Positions 1-8,699 of a stretch of DNA of 64,000 nucleotides are shown in pieces; within the stretch, counting starts at the first letter, position 1, and each line of letters starts with the position of its first letter. The stretch is from an uncultured virus (IMG/VR IMGVR_UViG_3300042016_000026). Taxonomy: Duplodnaviria; Heunggongvirae; Uroviricota; Caudoviricetes; Schitoviridae. The position numbers were made by a program, and so were the translations under genes. The stretch lies in the IMG/VR virus record IMGVR_UViG_3300042016_000026; one strand, 5' to 3'. The notes under the pieces are model-generated. The model was not told the origin of the DNA. It worked only from the letters and a program-made list of their open reading frames with translations, and ran no database searches.

Positions 1-789
1 GACGAAGTTGTAGTTGCAGCGCAGCTCCATTTCACGCAGCAGGTAGGCGTCCAGTGAGTGAGTCACGTTGGCCACCAGCTTCAGGTCGGTCTTGGTACCC
101 TCGTTGATGTAATAGTCATAGGTGAACGTGGCGCCGTCCAGCTCGTCGACCTCGACGCGCTCACCCTCAACCTTCTGCATCACCTTGATGCGCACGTTGA
201 AGTTGTCCGGGCACACCCAGCGGTGTTCCAGCGCATACGGCTGCCATGCCAGGCGCAGATCCCCCAGCAGCTCTACGGCTTTCGGGGCGACTTCTATAAG
301 GCCAGCATAGAAGGCATCCAGCTCCGGGGTATCCTTGCCGAATATCTCACGCGGCTTGGCTTGGGAGCCGTACAGCGTGGTCATGGTGGCGTCTTTGGAG
401 TCTTGCCGGGTGACGATCAGATCGCCTTCCAGCATCGCCCCAGCGGCGTTGGTCACCATGGTGTACGCATCGTTGCGCAGGTTCGGGTCAATCAGGTTGG
501 TGGCCAGACAGCCCTTGTAGCACTTGGTCACCACGGACATGATGGACATGCCCGAGCAGGTGGCATCCAAGCCAACCATGTGGCCGATGGCTTCACCGCG
601 GCAGGCACGGTACAGGGCATTGACGGCCTTGAGGTACAGTGGACGTTCTTTACTGCTGGTTTCGAGGTAAGGCAGGCGGTTGAAGTTATCCTTCACCCAC
701 TGAATGCGTTGTTCGAACAGCTTCTTGTCGTCATAGCCGTTATTGGCGATATCGATGCAGATAAAATCGAATGCGGAATACATCTTCAT
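1..789 (-). CDS. RNA polymerase II subunit 2 (N4 gp16-like), runs off the window start
   Basis: Translated by hand (absent from ORF track): MKMYSAFDFICIDIAN... with T7-type motif A GLDATCSG, motif B RQDSKDATMTTLYGS and motif C ANVTHSLDA. Confidence 0.93.
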   Translation of the reverse strand, partial: MKMYSAFDFICIDIANNGYDDKKLFEQRIQWVKDNFNRLPYLETSSKERPLYLKAVNALYRACRGEAIGHMVGLDATCSGMSIMSVVTKCYKGCLATNLIDPNLRNDAYTMVTNAAGAMLEGDLIVTRQDSKDATMTTLYGSQAKPREIFGKDTPELDAFYAGLIEVAPKAVELLGDLRLAWQPYALEHRWVCPDNFNVRIKVMQKVEGERVEVDELDGATFTYDYYINEGTKTDLKLVANVTHSLDAYLLREMELRCNYNFV

Positions 790-811
790 GGATTACTCTC
801 CAAATGGGTGA

Positions 812-1099
812 TTAATTAAGAATCATGTCGGCAAGAATCATTTCTTGCCCTGATGGATCATCATTGAACAGAACACAACCAATACGGATTTGTTTGTTGC
901 CCATCACCGTTATATTGCGAGCAGCATAACAATTACCGTTATTTACGATGCAAACATAAATCGCACCCAAATTGTTTGGTGCCCCGGGGTATATCTCGTA
1001 ATCGTCTAACGAGTACTTAGGCAAGTAGAAGACTTCGTCTTGGACGCTCTCTTCTACTTCACACTCGACAGGCTTATGGCGAATAAATAGGCGTGCCAT
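812..1099 (-). CDS. Small hypothetical protein, paralog of 1108-1398, C-terminal-motif family variant
   Basis: Starts MARLFIRHKPV after GGAGG SD; ends QEMILADMILN. Confidence 0.8.
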   Translation of the reverse strand: MARLFIRHKPVECEVEESVQDEVFYLPKYSLDDYEIYPGAPNNLGAIYVCIVNNGNCYAARNITVMGNKQIRIGCVLFNDDPSGQEMILADMILN

Positions 1100-1107
1100 T
1101 ACACCTC

Positions 1108-1398
1108 CTAGTTTAAAAGCATGTCGGCGAGCAGCATTTGCTGCACACATGGTTGATCTTCGAGTTTTGAACATAGAATGCGCACTAAACTCGTGTCTTC
1201 ATGTGAATGAAGACTTCGCGCCGCCCAAACTACTCCTTCGTGCACAATGCACACATAAACACAGTCATTAAGGTACGAATCCAATGAAATACCATTGTTC
1301 GTAAGCGATAGCCGTCGGACTACGAACACATGGGGTGCTCGTAGTCCCGGCTGTACATGACAATCGACAGGCTCATGCCTGATGAACAGGCGAGCCAT
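1108..1398 (-). CDS. Small hypothetical protein, paralog of 812-1099, C-terminal-motif family variant
   Basis: Starts MARLFIRHEPV; ends QQMLLADMLLN; start overlaps upstream stop (TAATG). Confidence 0.8.
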   Translation of the reverse strand: MARLFIRHEPVDCHVQPGLRAPHVFVVRRLSLTNNGISLDSYLNDCVYVCIVHEGVVWAARSLHSHEDTSLVRILCSKLEDQPCVQQMLLADMLLN

Positions 1399-1823
1399 TA
1401 CGGAACTTCCGAGATGCCGTCGTGCCAATCATTATCGGGATTCTGGCGCTTACGCTTCAGATAGCCCTCTTCATTGAGGATGAAATCCCCAATCTCGTAG
1501 ATGCTAAGCAACTCTTCACGATTTAGCGTGGAAGTGTTGCCCATGTCGGAAATGACCCCGAAAGTCTTGCCTGAGTGGCCGACATGATAAATCATGCCAT
1601 TACCACGCTGACGCCCGTTCAACGTGTACAGTTGCGCGAACAGAACAGGCTCGCCACTGATGTTGTGCGCGGAGGCCCACTCAGGGAGTGGACCCAGTTC
1701 TATTTCGAACTGCTCAAGTACTTTACGCGCAGTAGCTACAAGTTCAACTTGTTCTGGAGTCTGTGGTTTGACTAAATCAGCCAAAACCTTGAGCGCCAGA
1801 TACATCATACGATCAGTTTGCAT
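1398..1823 (-). CDS. Hypothetical protein
   Basis: ORF from MQTDRM with GAGGA SD. Confidence 0.75.
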   Translation of the reverse strand: MQTDRMMYLALKVLADLVKPQTPEQVELVATARKVLEQFEIELGPLPEWASAHNISGEPVLFAQLYTLNGRQRGNGMIYHVGHSGKTFGVISDMGNTSTLNREELLSIYEIGDFILNEEGYLKRKRQNPDNDWHDGISEVP

Positions 1824-1929
1824 AATTGAATCCTCTGAAGGTGCCACACTTGGTGAAACGCATCGAACCGATGCGTCTTGGAGTTTTGATCTCTTTTACT
1901 TCTGGTTTTGGTTCAACTTTCTTTTTCAC
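1813..1929 (-). CDS. Small basic peptide (38 aa)
   Basis: GTG start overlaps RNAP1 stop (GTGA); MKKKVEPKPEVKEIKTPRRIGSMRFTKCGTFRGFNYAN fills the gap exactly. Confidence 0.5.
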   Translation of the reverse strand: MKKKVEPKPEVKEIKTPRRIGSMRFTKCGTFRGFNYAN

Positions 1930-2855
1930 AACTGAAACTCAGGTGGAACGTCGGTAACGACTTGTTTATGGGAGAATTCAAGCATGGCCTTCTTGTAAGG
2001 AGCACCTTGAGTCGAGATGTGATAGCCGTTGGCGTAGATACGCCCACGTTTATCGTATTTGTGGTGCAAGTAGAACTTGTTGCCCTGCCCTGCCATCAAC
2101 AGGTAGAACTCATGCGATTGGCGCTTCTGGTTCAACCACATGGTTTGTTTCTCGGGAGAATCCAGCTCACTGTTGGGCATTTCCTCAACAGTGCTCAGGA
2201 ACACCAGATCGAGCGACAGTGCGACTGAATTCTTCGAATCCAGCACATCAAGGCACACATCGTCGCTGTGGTGACCTTTATTCAGGATCACCGAGTCCTG
2301 TCCGATGGTCAGGTATGGCGTATCCTTGTTATGGCGCAGCTTCTTCGGCGGATGCACCAGAGGTGGCAGGTAGGCGCAGTTGGCAATGTACTCCTGCAAC
2401 TGAAGGGACAGGGTGATGTTGCTGATGATGTTCCAGCTCCCGAAGCGGTTCGCCTGGGTCAAGTCGAACAGATCCGTCTCACACAACACGGCCGTTATCT
2501 CGGCAATGGTGGTGATACTGGACTTCTTGTCGTCCCAGCCCAAGACGCCGGCCATACGGGCTGTGAAGCTGGTGAACAGTTCTTCGTGCTGGCAGTAGGC
2601 CGAGGCCACGATGACATCAATAACCAGCTCACGCAGGTTCATGCCCCTCAAGCCAGAGATGCGGATGTTCTTGGACTCATAGCTGAAGGTCCGGGCGACC
2701 CACTCAGTGAGCAGTTCGACACCCTTATCCAGCAATGGCTGCACTTCTACGTCGGCAAGGACGTAGTCACGCATGTACTTGTCGATATGATGACGGGCAA
2801 AACGGTACTCGTTTGCACGTTGCATATCGTCGGTCAGCATAAGGGTAGGTTTCAC
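1926..2855 (-). CDS. RNA polymerase II subunit 1 (N4 gp15-like)
   Basis: T7-family DxRGRxY motif (YDKRGRIY); upstream of RNAP2. Confidence 0.92.
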   Translation of the reverse strand: MKPTLMLTDDMQRANEYRFARHHIDKYMRDYVLADVEVQPLLDKGVELLTEWVARTFSYESKNIRISGLRGMNLRELVIDVIVASAYCQHEELFTSFTARMAGVLGWDDKKSSITTIAEITAVLCETDLFDLTQANRFGSWNIISNITLSLQLQEYIANCAYLPPLVHPPKKLRHNKDTPYLTIGQDSVILNKGHHSDDVCLDVLDSKNSVALSLDLVFLSTVEEMPNSELDSPEKQTMWLNQKRQSHEFYLLMAGQGNKFYLHHKYDKRGRIYANGYHISTQGAPYKKAMLEFSHKQVVTDVPPEFQL

Positions 2856-2865
2856 GGATAATCTC

Positions 2866-3090
2866 CTAGTTTACGATCATTTCAGCTAAAAGAACTTCTT
2901 CAGGTACTTTATTGGCAATTCGCCACTGAAGATCACCACGATGCAGACAATGCCAACCTTTCGACCACGAAAATAAACCACGGATGAAGATTTGCCCTTT
3001 TGGGCAAGTCGCGGATATATAAGCAGTCTGCTCGCTGGCAATGTCCTCAACTTCAACACTATGGTCTGCCATCAGGATAAATAGTCGCAT
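2866..3090 (-). CDS. Small protein, C-terminal-motif family
   Basis: 74 aa, ends KVPEEVLLAEMIVN. Confidence 0.8.
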   Translation of the reverse strand: MRLFILMADHSVEVEDIASEQTAYISATCPKGQIFIRGLFSWSKGWHCLHRGDLQWRIANKVPEEVLLAEMIVN

Positions 3091-3097
3091 AAGTCTC

Positions 3098-3322
3098 CTA
3101 GACTAACATTGCAGCAAGTTTTATTTCTTCAGGGGCTTCAGTTACTGTTCTCCAGACAGCCCCGGTGTAGGTTTTAAGACTTCCATCAATAGCCAGCATA
3201 TATACCACTGAGGCGGTGCAGTTTTGCAAAACTCTAGCCCGCTGGGTTGCACCAAACCTTTCGGTTTCTTCAACCTCCACCTTGCCTCTAAAGATGTACA
3301 GCAATGTGCGCGTATCGACCAT
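3098..3322 (-). CDS. Small protein, C-terminal-motif family
   Basis: 74 aa, ends EAPEEIKLAAMLV. Confidence 0.8.
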   Translation of the reverse strand: MVDTRTLLYIFRGKVEVEETERFGATQRARVLQNCTASVVYMLAIDGSLKTYTGAVWRTVTEAPEEIKLAAMLV

Positions 3323-3329
3323 AAGTCAC

Positions 3330-3590
3330 CTAATTTGTGCAGGTATGCACGACTTGTACAATTTCAGGTAATTGCTCGACGTTAATCGGCAGAAGTGCGT
3401 CGAAGTAACTCATCACGTCACTCTGACGGGTGCCACGTTGTAGAACCCGCCATTGCAAGCCTTGAGGCTCAAGGAACCTGACATATAAGTCACCGAAGGG
3501 GAATTCAGAGGCTAGAACCGAAGAGGTTGTAGCCCAATGTTCTTTAAGCAGGCGAATCTCGCCTTCAACTACGTGAACTATCAGTGCCAT
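3330..3590 (-). CDS. Small protein, C-terminal-motif family (degenerate)
   Basis: 86 aa, ends QLPEIVQVVHTCTN. Confidence 0.75.
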   Translation of the reverse strand: MALIVHVVEGEIRLLKEHWATTSSVLASEFPFGDLYVRFLEPQGLQWRVLQRGTRQSDVMSYFDALLPINVEQLPEIVQVVHTCTN

Positions 3591-3903
3591 GTATACCTCC
3601 TACAAGTGCAAGCATTTTGATGGGTTCAGGCAAAGCCAGCACAGCAGACCAGCCAATCCCATCAGGATCGGCATAACCCCAACGGGATTGATCCTCCCAA
3701 TAGAAATAGTTGAAGTACCACTTCATTTGCAAAGAGTTTCCTTTAGAAAAACTCAGACGCATCTCAGGCCGGCCGCAGAATACACAGCCAGCCTTGTGTT
3801 TGTAGAACTCATCCCAATGTGGGCGTGAGTCTGCACTTTCAGTTTCAAAGACCGCTACTATCTGATCCTTGGTTTCGTTTAGGACTACCCAGATGCTGTT
3901 CAT
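3565..3903 (-). CDS. Small protein, C-terminal-motif family
   Basis: 112 aa, ALPEPIKMLALVGG near the C-terminus. Confidence 0.75.
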   Translation of the reverse strand: MNSIWVVLNETKDQIVAVFETESADSRPHWDEFYKHKAGCVFCGRPEMRLSFSKGNSLQMKWYFNYFYWEDQSRWGYADPDGIGWSAVLALPEPIKMLALVGGIHGTDSSRS

Positions 3904-4190
3904 GGCGCCACCAATTGCATCATCAGGATTACGTCAGGCACTGCTGATAAGCCCACAGCAGTGAACTTATGCCGCTTGTTTGTGTAACAATATTCGCCTT
4001 TGTACCAACGGCGTGCATCATCTTGCAGATACACCACACAGAATGGGTCATTTTTATGTGCTCCCTCGCATACTTGCATAAATGCGCTGAAAGAATCCCG
4101 AGAACTTACTTCGGGAACGTTATTGACGATCAGGAATAGAATTCCCATAGACACCGGACAAATGTCTGGTGCCCAAGCATAATTTCTCAT
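3900..4190 (-). CDS. Small protein, C-terminal-motif family
   Basis: 96 aa, ends AVPDVILMMQLVAP; ATGA coupling. Confidence 0.78.
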   Translation of the reverse strand: MRNYAWAPDICPVSMGILFLIVNNVPEVSSRDSFSAFMQVCEGAHKNDPFCVVYLQDDARRWYKGEYCYTNKRHKFTAVGLSAVPDVILMMQLVAP

Positions 4191-4441
4191 TCGAGCATCA
4201 TCCTCGTAAGTTTGACTATCTCCGGCACACGGTTAGTGGCCAACCACTCTTTGATCTGTACTCGCCAGATCAACCACATCTCGCGGTTATCTGTGGTCAG
4301 GTACCAGTGATACAGGGTGATTTCCGCGTTGACTGCGGCAGTGGCGAACATATATTCACCAATGCCATCAGCCACGGTGGAAGCCTCCGCGCTAAGCACA
4401 GAATCCTGCACTTTGTTGTATACGATGGTGATAGCTTTCAT
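4187..4441 (-). CDS. Small protein, C-terminal-motif family
   Basis: 84 aa, ends RVPEIVKLTRMMLE; ATGA coupling. Confidence 0.8.
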   Translation of the reverse strand: MKAITIVYNKVQDSVLSAEASTVADGIGEYMFATAAVNAEITLYHWYLTTDNREMWLIWRVQIKEWLATNRVPEIVKLTRMMLE

Positions 4442-4653
4442 GACAGCATCATCATGGCGACTTTCACCACTTCGGGTATATCTGCGTCTACAACGTAGCT
4501 GTACCCTTGTTTTTCAGGTGTCCACACTAACCATTGGGCACCATTGAACGAATACACGTCCATATCGTCACGAAGGTACGGAATGTTCAATATCTGAACA
4601 TCAAGCACCAGTTCCTGCGTATTACGGCACCAACCGACTTTCTTTATGCTCAT
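4438..4653 (-). CDS. Small protein, C-terminal-motif family
   Basis: 71 aa, ends DIPEVVKVAMMMLS; ATGA coupling. Confidence 0.8.
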   Translation of the reverse strand: MSIKKVGWCRNTQELVLDVQILNIPYLRDDMDVYSFNGAQWLVWTPEKQGYSYVVDADIPEVVKVAMMMLS

Positions 4654-4877
4654 GTCAGTAACATGTACGCCAAGCGTACAGCCTCCGGCAAGTTTTCAGG
4701 GCGGCACCATATGGCGTCATGCGACAAGCCATAGACGTACCAACGATCAGGCATTGCACTGTTGCCGTGAAACAAGGCGTAGACCGCCTCGTTCTCGTTT
4801 AAAGGTCGCCCGACCCAATGATCGGCCACCTGTGTCACCTCTTTCGAGTCGAGCAGGTACCGTGCAGACATGATCAT
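4650..4877 (-). CDS. Small protein, C-terminal-motif family
   Basis: 75 aa, ends NLPEAVRLAYMLLT; ATGA coupling. Confidence 0.8.
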   Translation of the reverse strand: MIMSARYLLDSKEVTQVADHWVGRPLNENEAVYALFHGNSAMPDRWYVYGLSHDAIWCRPENLPEAVRLAYMLLT

Positions 4878-5101
4878 GAGGCCACCAACTTTGCCAGACG
4901 AACTACCTCTGGTACCTCGTGTTCAGGTATTTGTTTTCCCATGGGTCTGTCGCCTTCAGGGGTAGCTGTGTAAATCCACCACGCCATTTTGCCGGCCCAA
5001 TACAGAGGACGGTAAGCAGAACGTGGTGAACCCGGCCATTCCTCAGAGGCGTGTACCACCTCACGGTCAACCGTGTCATAGACGAAGAAGATGGCAGTCA
5101 T
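4874..5101 (-). CDS. Small protein, C-terminal-motif family
   Basis: 75 aa, ends EVPEVVRLAKLVAS; ATGA coupling. Confidence 0.8.
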   Translation of the reverse strand: MTAIFFVYDTVDREVVHASEEWPGSPRSAYRPLYWAGKMAWWIYTATPEGDRPMGKQIPEHEVPEVVRLAKLVAS

Positions 5102-5349
5102 GAGGCCACCATTACAGCCATTCGCACCAACTCAGGTACCTCATGATCCAGATAGAAGATGACTTCTCCCGGGTACCGTGAAAGCACCCACGGCAGTCTG
5201 TGACCGTGGCGGTACTTGTAGACCCAGTGAGTGTCGAACAGGCTATTACTTACATCACCTGCATCGACAACCGTCTGGGTCGTGTAGTCCCACAGGACTT
5301 TGACCGTCTCGAATGGATCACCAAAGGGGTTATCCCCTGTGGCCATCAT
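5098..5349 (-). CDS. Small protein, C-terminal-motif family
   Basis: 83 aa, ends EVPELVRMAVMVAS; ATGA coupling. Confidence 0.8.
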   Translation of the reverse strand: MMATGDNPFGDPFETVKVLWDYTTQTVVDAGDVSNSLFDTHWVYKYRHGHRLPWVLSRYPGEVIFYLDHEVPELVRMAVMVAS

Positions 5350-5786
5350 TTTACTGGTTTCCAGACTTGGATGTTACCCGGCAGGGGATCGATGAGCCCC
5401 TTGAGCAGCCACTCCGGTTCGGTGTAGCCGGGCCACTCCAGTGCATAGGTCTTGCCACGGTTGGCCAGGGCCACCGCGGTCAAGTCATGCAGCGCCTTGG
5501 ACACCAAGCCGATGTTCACCCCGTTGCGGGGAACCTGCATGTGTTGTAGGATGCCCACCTTGCCAGAGCAACGCAGATAGAACTCGCCTCCGTCACCGCA
5601 CGTCTCCTTGATCCACGCTCCCATCTTCACCTTTAGGGTAGGGTATTTAAGACCCAACACCCCGGCCAGACCATTGAGCATAATAAGCTCTCCTGTCTCA
5701 GCCTTCAGCTTACTTCCTACACAAATGATGAAATGATCGACTTTGTCGAAGACTTCCATCATATCTCCGTAAATAATCTTGTTCAT
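5346..5786 (-). CDS. Possible degenerate macro-domain (ADP-ribose-binding-like) protein
   Basis: N-terminal IIYGDM and IMLNGLAGVLGLKYP resemble the macro-domain GD and MGxGIAxxxxxxYP patterns. Confidence 0.45.
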   Translation of the reverse strand: MNKIIYGDMMEVFDKVDHFIICVGSKLKAETGELIMLNGLAGVLGLKYPTLKVKMGAWIKETCGDGGEFYLRCSGKVGILQHMQVPRNGVNIGLVSKALHDLTAVALANRGKTYALEWPGYTEPEWLLKGLIDPLPGNIQVWKPVK

Positions 5787-5788
5787 GA

Positions 5789-6019
5789 TTAACTCCGTAG
5801 CATATTTGCCATTATGACAACGTCAGGTGGAGTAGCAGGTTTCCAGATGGCTGTCATGATCGAATTGGTGTTCATATAACACCAACCTAGGGTAATCTCA
5901 GACCAGACACGACAATCCGGGTAGTTTTTTGCCTCCCAGCGACAACCGTAAGTATCAGGCTCATCGCGAGTGATAACACCCATGAGTTCGCCATCCTTCA
6001 CCACATACCAGACAAACAT
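5789..6019 (-). CDS. Small protein, C-terminal-motif family
   Basis: From MFVWYVV; ends TPPDVVIMANMLRS. Confidence 0.75.
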   Translation of the reverse strand: MFVWYVVKDGELMGVITRDEPDTYGCRWEAKNYPDCRVWSEITLGWCYMNTNSIMTAIWKPATPPDVVIMANMLRS

Positions 6020-6023
6020 GGGT

Positions 6024-6398
6024 TCAACCTGCACAGAGCATTGCCACCTGAAGCTCAGGCGGCACCTCATCATGCGGAACTGTCATGAATGACGGACGAC
6101 GGTACAAAGTACCGACATTCGCATTCTTCCAGCGGATTTCACGCCAGACAACATCGTTGCCCGGCTTGAAGAAGAACACACGGCATTTGCCGAACTTCTT
6201 GAACGCTTGACGTGCGTATTCAGCAGCATCAAAGCGTTTGTGCTCATCAAGGTGCTTAACACCATCAGCGAGCACAACAGAGCAGAGAACTGCATCATTG
6301 ATGAAGGCACGCTTCACAACATGGTTTCGGGTGTTCATAGGATCATCCAAATCGTCGAGGGATAGTATCCCGGAGTATTTGCCCCGGAGTTTGCTCAT
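6024..6398 (-). CDS. Small protein, C-terminal-motif family
   Basis: From MSKLRG (ATGA coupled); ends EVPPELQVAMLCAG. Confidence 0.72.
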   Translation of the reverse strand: MSKLRGKYSGILSLDDLDDPMNTRNHVVKRAFINDAVLCSVVLADGVKHLDEHKRFDAAEYARQAFKKFGKCRVFFFKPGNDVVWREIRWKNANVGTLYRRPSFMTVPHDEVPPELQVAMLCAG

Positions 6399-6709
6399 AC
6401 AGGCTCCAAGACACCCAAAGGAGTCATGACATGGGTCATTGTGGTGCCAGTCCATACGCATGCCCGCATAATGCGGAACATAGCGAATGAATTGACATAT
6501 GCTTGCAGCTCTTCGAGGGATTCAGCATGGTGTATGACACGCTGCCAGCCAGAACCCTCAAGATGTTTCAGATCGACCGCAAGGCACAGCATGGCAGGCA
6601 CTGCGGTGTACTTCTCACTACCTTTCTGGCTTTGCACCAGCTCAACGAGCACATGCACGATGAATGCGAGCATTGTCAGGATCATCAGTACATCAATGGT
6701 TGTTTGCAT
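6395..6709 (-). CDS. Hypothetical protein with N-terminal hydrophobic segment
   Basis: 104 aa; VLMILTMLAFIVHVLV. Confidence 0.7.
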   Translation of the reverse strand: MQTTIDVLMILTMLAFIVHVLVELVQSQKGSEKYTAVPAMLCLAVDLKHLEGSGWQRVIHHAESLEELQAYVNSFAMFRIMRACVWTGTTMTHVMTPLGVLEPV

Positions 6710-6711
6710 GG

Positions 6712-7356
6712 TTATGCACCTTGTTGTTCAGAAATGAGGCGAAGGCGTTCGCACTCGACATTGATGCCATTACGGATTGACTTACGCACGCTAGGTAGCG
6801 CAACTTTGTCATTCAGCACGTTAGTCACGGCAGTCTTGATACGATCAGTACGTTCGTTGCTCTTGTCGTACATAGCGTACAACTTGTTGATGGTATCAGC
6901 CTGATTGTCGATAGACTTCTGCATAAGCTTCTGCATTTGCAGACGACCACGCTTGGCGCCCTTACGGACACCAGCAGTGTGCAGATTCTTAGCTTTCTGG
7001 CTTACGCTTGGGTCCAATGCTTCAGCTCTCTCGTGTGTAACCAGATGAGCCAGCATCATCAGAGGATTATCGCCATGTTTGTCGAAATCCCAGCAATAGT
7101 TGATGGTCATGACGTCAACTAGTGCGGCGCGGTATTTATCCGCGTATGCCCACTTAGAGTAGTGGCTTCTGGCGTTGTCTTCAGCATCCTGCAACAGTTC
7201 ACGCCATTTGGCATCCACAGCTTGCAGGTGGTCACGTTGCAAGGCATTGGCATGCACTTGCTGAGCTTCTTGACGGCAATAGCCCCACATTGCCCCTACA
7301 ACGAGGCAGAACACTGCACCGATAGCACCCCAGCAATACAGATTAATCATTTCCAT
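6712..7356 (-). CDS. Membrane-anchored helical/coiled-coil protein
   Basis: N-terminal TM segment (WGAIGAVFCLVVGAMWG) followed by a helical region. Confidence 0.75.
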   Translation of the reverse strand: MEMINLYCWGAIGAVFCLVVGAMWGYCRQEAQQVHANALQRDHLQAVDAKWRELLQDAEDNARSHYSKWAYADKYRAALVDVMTINYCWDFDKHGDNPLMMLAHLVTHERAEALDPSVSQKAKNLHTAGVRKGAKRGRLQMQKLMQKSIDNQADTINKLYAMYDKSNERTDRIKTAVTNVLNDKVALPSVRKSIRNGINVECERLRLISEQQGA

Positions 7357-7439
7357 GGTTTAAACTCCGTAAAGGTTCAATAAGATATAGATAGCTGCAA
7401 ACAGGCAGCAGAATTTGGTCATTTGTGCAGCAACGAGCT

Positions 7440-7757
7440 TTACCACGGGTTATTCCCCCGAGGTCCGCAGTTTGGCTGAGCTTTCGCCTTATAATGGCGA
7501 TTGCGCTTGTTTCGGGTCTGTTTGAAGTGACGCATGTCGATCATGTCGTGCATGCCCCAGATTTTGCCTTTACCGGCATGAACTGGTACTTGATACATCA
7601 CTGTCCCATCTCGCAGACCAACTGCGTAAACCGCAGTCATGTAGTCCTCAAGATGGGAGAAATCCATACCGGTCACAATTATTGGGTACCTCATAGGGCT
7701 CAACATACTTGCCTCCTGCAAAAAGGAAGGCCACCACCCCTGAGGGATGATGGCCAT
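7440..7757 (-). CDS. Hypothetical protein
   Basis: 105 aa with basic C-terminus. Confidence 0.65.
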   Translation of the reverse strand: MAIIPQGWWPSFLQEASMLSPMRYPIIVTGMDFSHLEDYMTAVYAVGLRDGTVMYQVPVHAGKGKIWGMHDMIDMRHFKQTRNKRNRHYKAKAQPNCGPRGNNPW

Positions 7758-7762
7758 CGGGA

Positions 7763-8095
7763 TTACGTCAGGTCGAGCATTGCTTCTTCGTCGGTGCGGG
7801 TTGGGTTGAAGCTGAATTCCAGCTTGCTCACCACTTCCGCCAGACGACGTGCTTTTTCAGCCGCGATCTCGTCAGGCTTGGTGTACTTCTCGTCGCCCGG
7901 GCGAGTCATACCGAGGTACGCCGCCAGTTGTTCGTGAGAGCGATTGCCTTCAACGAAACGGATGGCATCAACACGGATCGGCGCACCAGCTTTGGTGGCC
8001 ATGTTCAGGTTGAAGAAGCCGAGGGTCTTCTTCACGGAATTGCTGCTTTCAGCACGAGCAGGGGCAGCAGCGGTGTTTTTACGTTCAACAGCCAT
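7763..8095 (-). CDS. drc: ssDNA-binding RNAP II cofactor (LUZ7 Drc / N4 gp2-like)
   Basis: Resembles LUZ7 Drc as recalled (MAxxxKN...[FY]xNxxxxTxxG...TRxxEExxLDL); early-region position with a hairpin element just upstream. Confidence 0.7.
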   Translation of the reverse strand: MAVERKNTAAAPARAESSNSVKKTLGFFNLNMATKAGAPIRVDAIRFVEGNRSHEQLAAYLGMTRPGDEKYTKPDEIAAEKARRLAEVVSKLEFSFNPTRTDEEAMLDLT

Positions 8096-8147
8096 GGGAA
8101 ATACTCCAGAATAATGGAACAGAATGAGATTTTGTGGCAGATGATTG

Positions 8148-8167
8148 CCTTTACAGGGCCGAAGGCC
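8148..8167 (-). promoter_or_regulatory. Candidate vRNAP hairpin promoter
   Basis: Template (+) strand CC-TTTACA-GGGCC-GAA-GGCC; GNA triloop with C-G closing pair as in N4 vRNAP promoters. Confidence 0.6.
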
Positions 8168-8429
8168 GCTCTTGATTTACCAGCGCAGTCAGCGCTTTCA
8201 ACTCGAACTCAGGCAACCCGAACAGGCCCTTTTCAGGCCCGCTCATGAACAGCGTGGCTTCGAGGTACAGATGCCACTGATTGTCACCCAGCTTGAACTT
8301 GCCGATGGCATTACCTTTCTCGGTGAGATAACCGGAGCTATCCACACGATACAAGGGTTCAGATTCACCTAACACGGTGTAACTGATCGAATCATCGTCC
8401 AAATCGAACGATTGGTGTAAATGCTTCAT
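8151..8429 (-). CDS. Hypothetical early protein
   Basis: 92 aa, AAGGAG SD. Confidence 0.75.
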   Translation of the reverse strand: MKHLHQSFDLDDDSISYTVLGESEPLYRVDSSGYLTEKGNAIGKFKLGDNQWHLYLEATLFMSGPEKGLFGLPEFELKALTALVNQERPSAL

Positions 8430-8438
8430 GGTTACTCC

Positions 8439-8699
8439 TTAATTGGGCACAACAACGCCCAAATTGATGGTAAGCCCTGCACAAATGGCAGCAACGTACA
8501 AGGTATCGAAGGAAACACGCCATTCTTCACCACGGTTGACGAAACCGACGATGTTTTCACTGACTTTCATGATTTCAGCAGCTTTCTTCTGAGTCCACGA
8601 ATTATCACGCACAATCTTGCGCAATTCGCGGGCAATCAGATCTTTCTGGTGACCGAGGCACTGCCTTGCGAAGCAATTGGTGTGTTGAACCTGTTTCAT
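8439..8699 (-). CDS. XRE-type HTH protein
   Basis: WTQKKAAEIMKVSENIVGFVNRG...VSFDTL. Confidence 0.7.
   Translation of the reverse strand: MKQVQHTNCFARQCLGHQKDLIARELRKIVRDNSWTQKKAAEIMKVSENIVGFVNRGEEWRVSFDTLYVAAICAGLTINLGVVVPN

Noticed and set aside
58..819. 253-aa plus-strand ORF
   Set aside because: Antisense shadow of the RNAP2 gene, whose catalytic motifs are on the minus strand
2866..6398. CRISPR array, DGR or integron interpretation of the small-gene array
   Set aside because: No regularly spaced nucleotide repeats, attC-like palindromes, reverse transcriptase or integrase seen; conservation is mainly at protein level
7360..7422. 20-aa hydrophobic ORF MTKFCCLFAAIYILLNLYGV
   Set aside because: No clear SD sequence and too short to support
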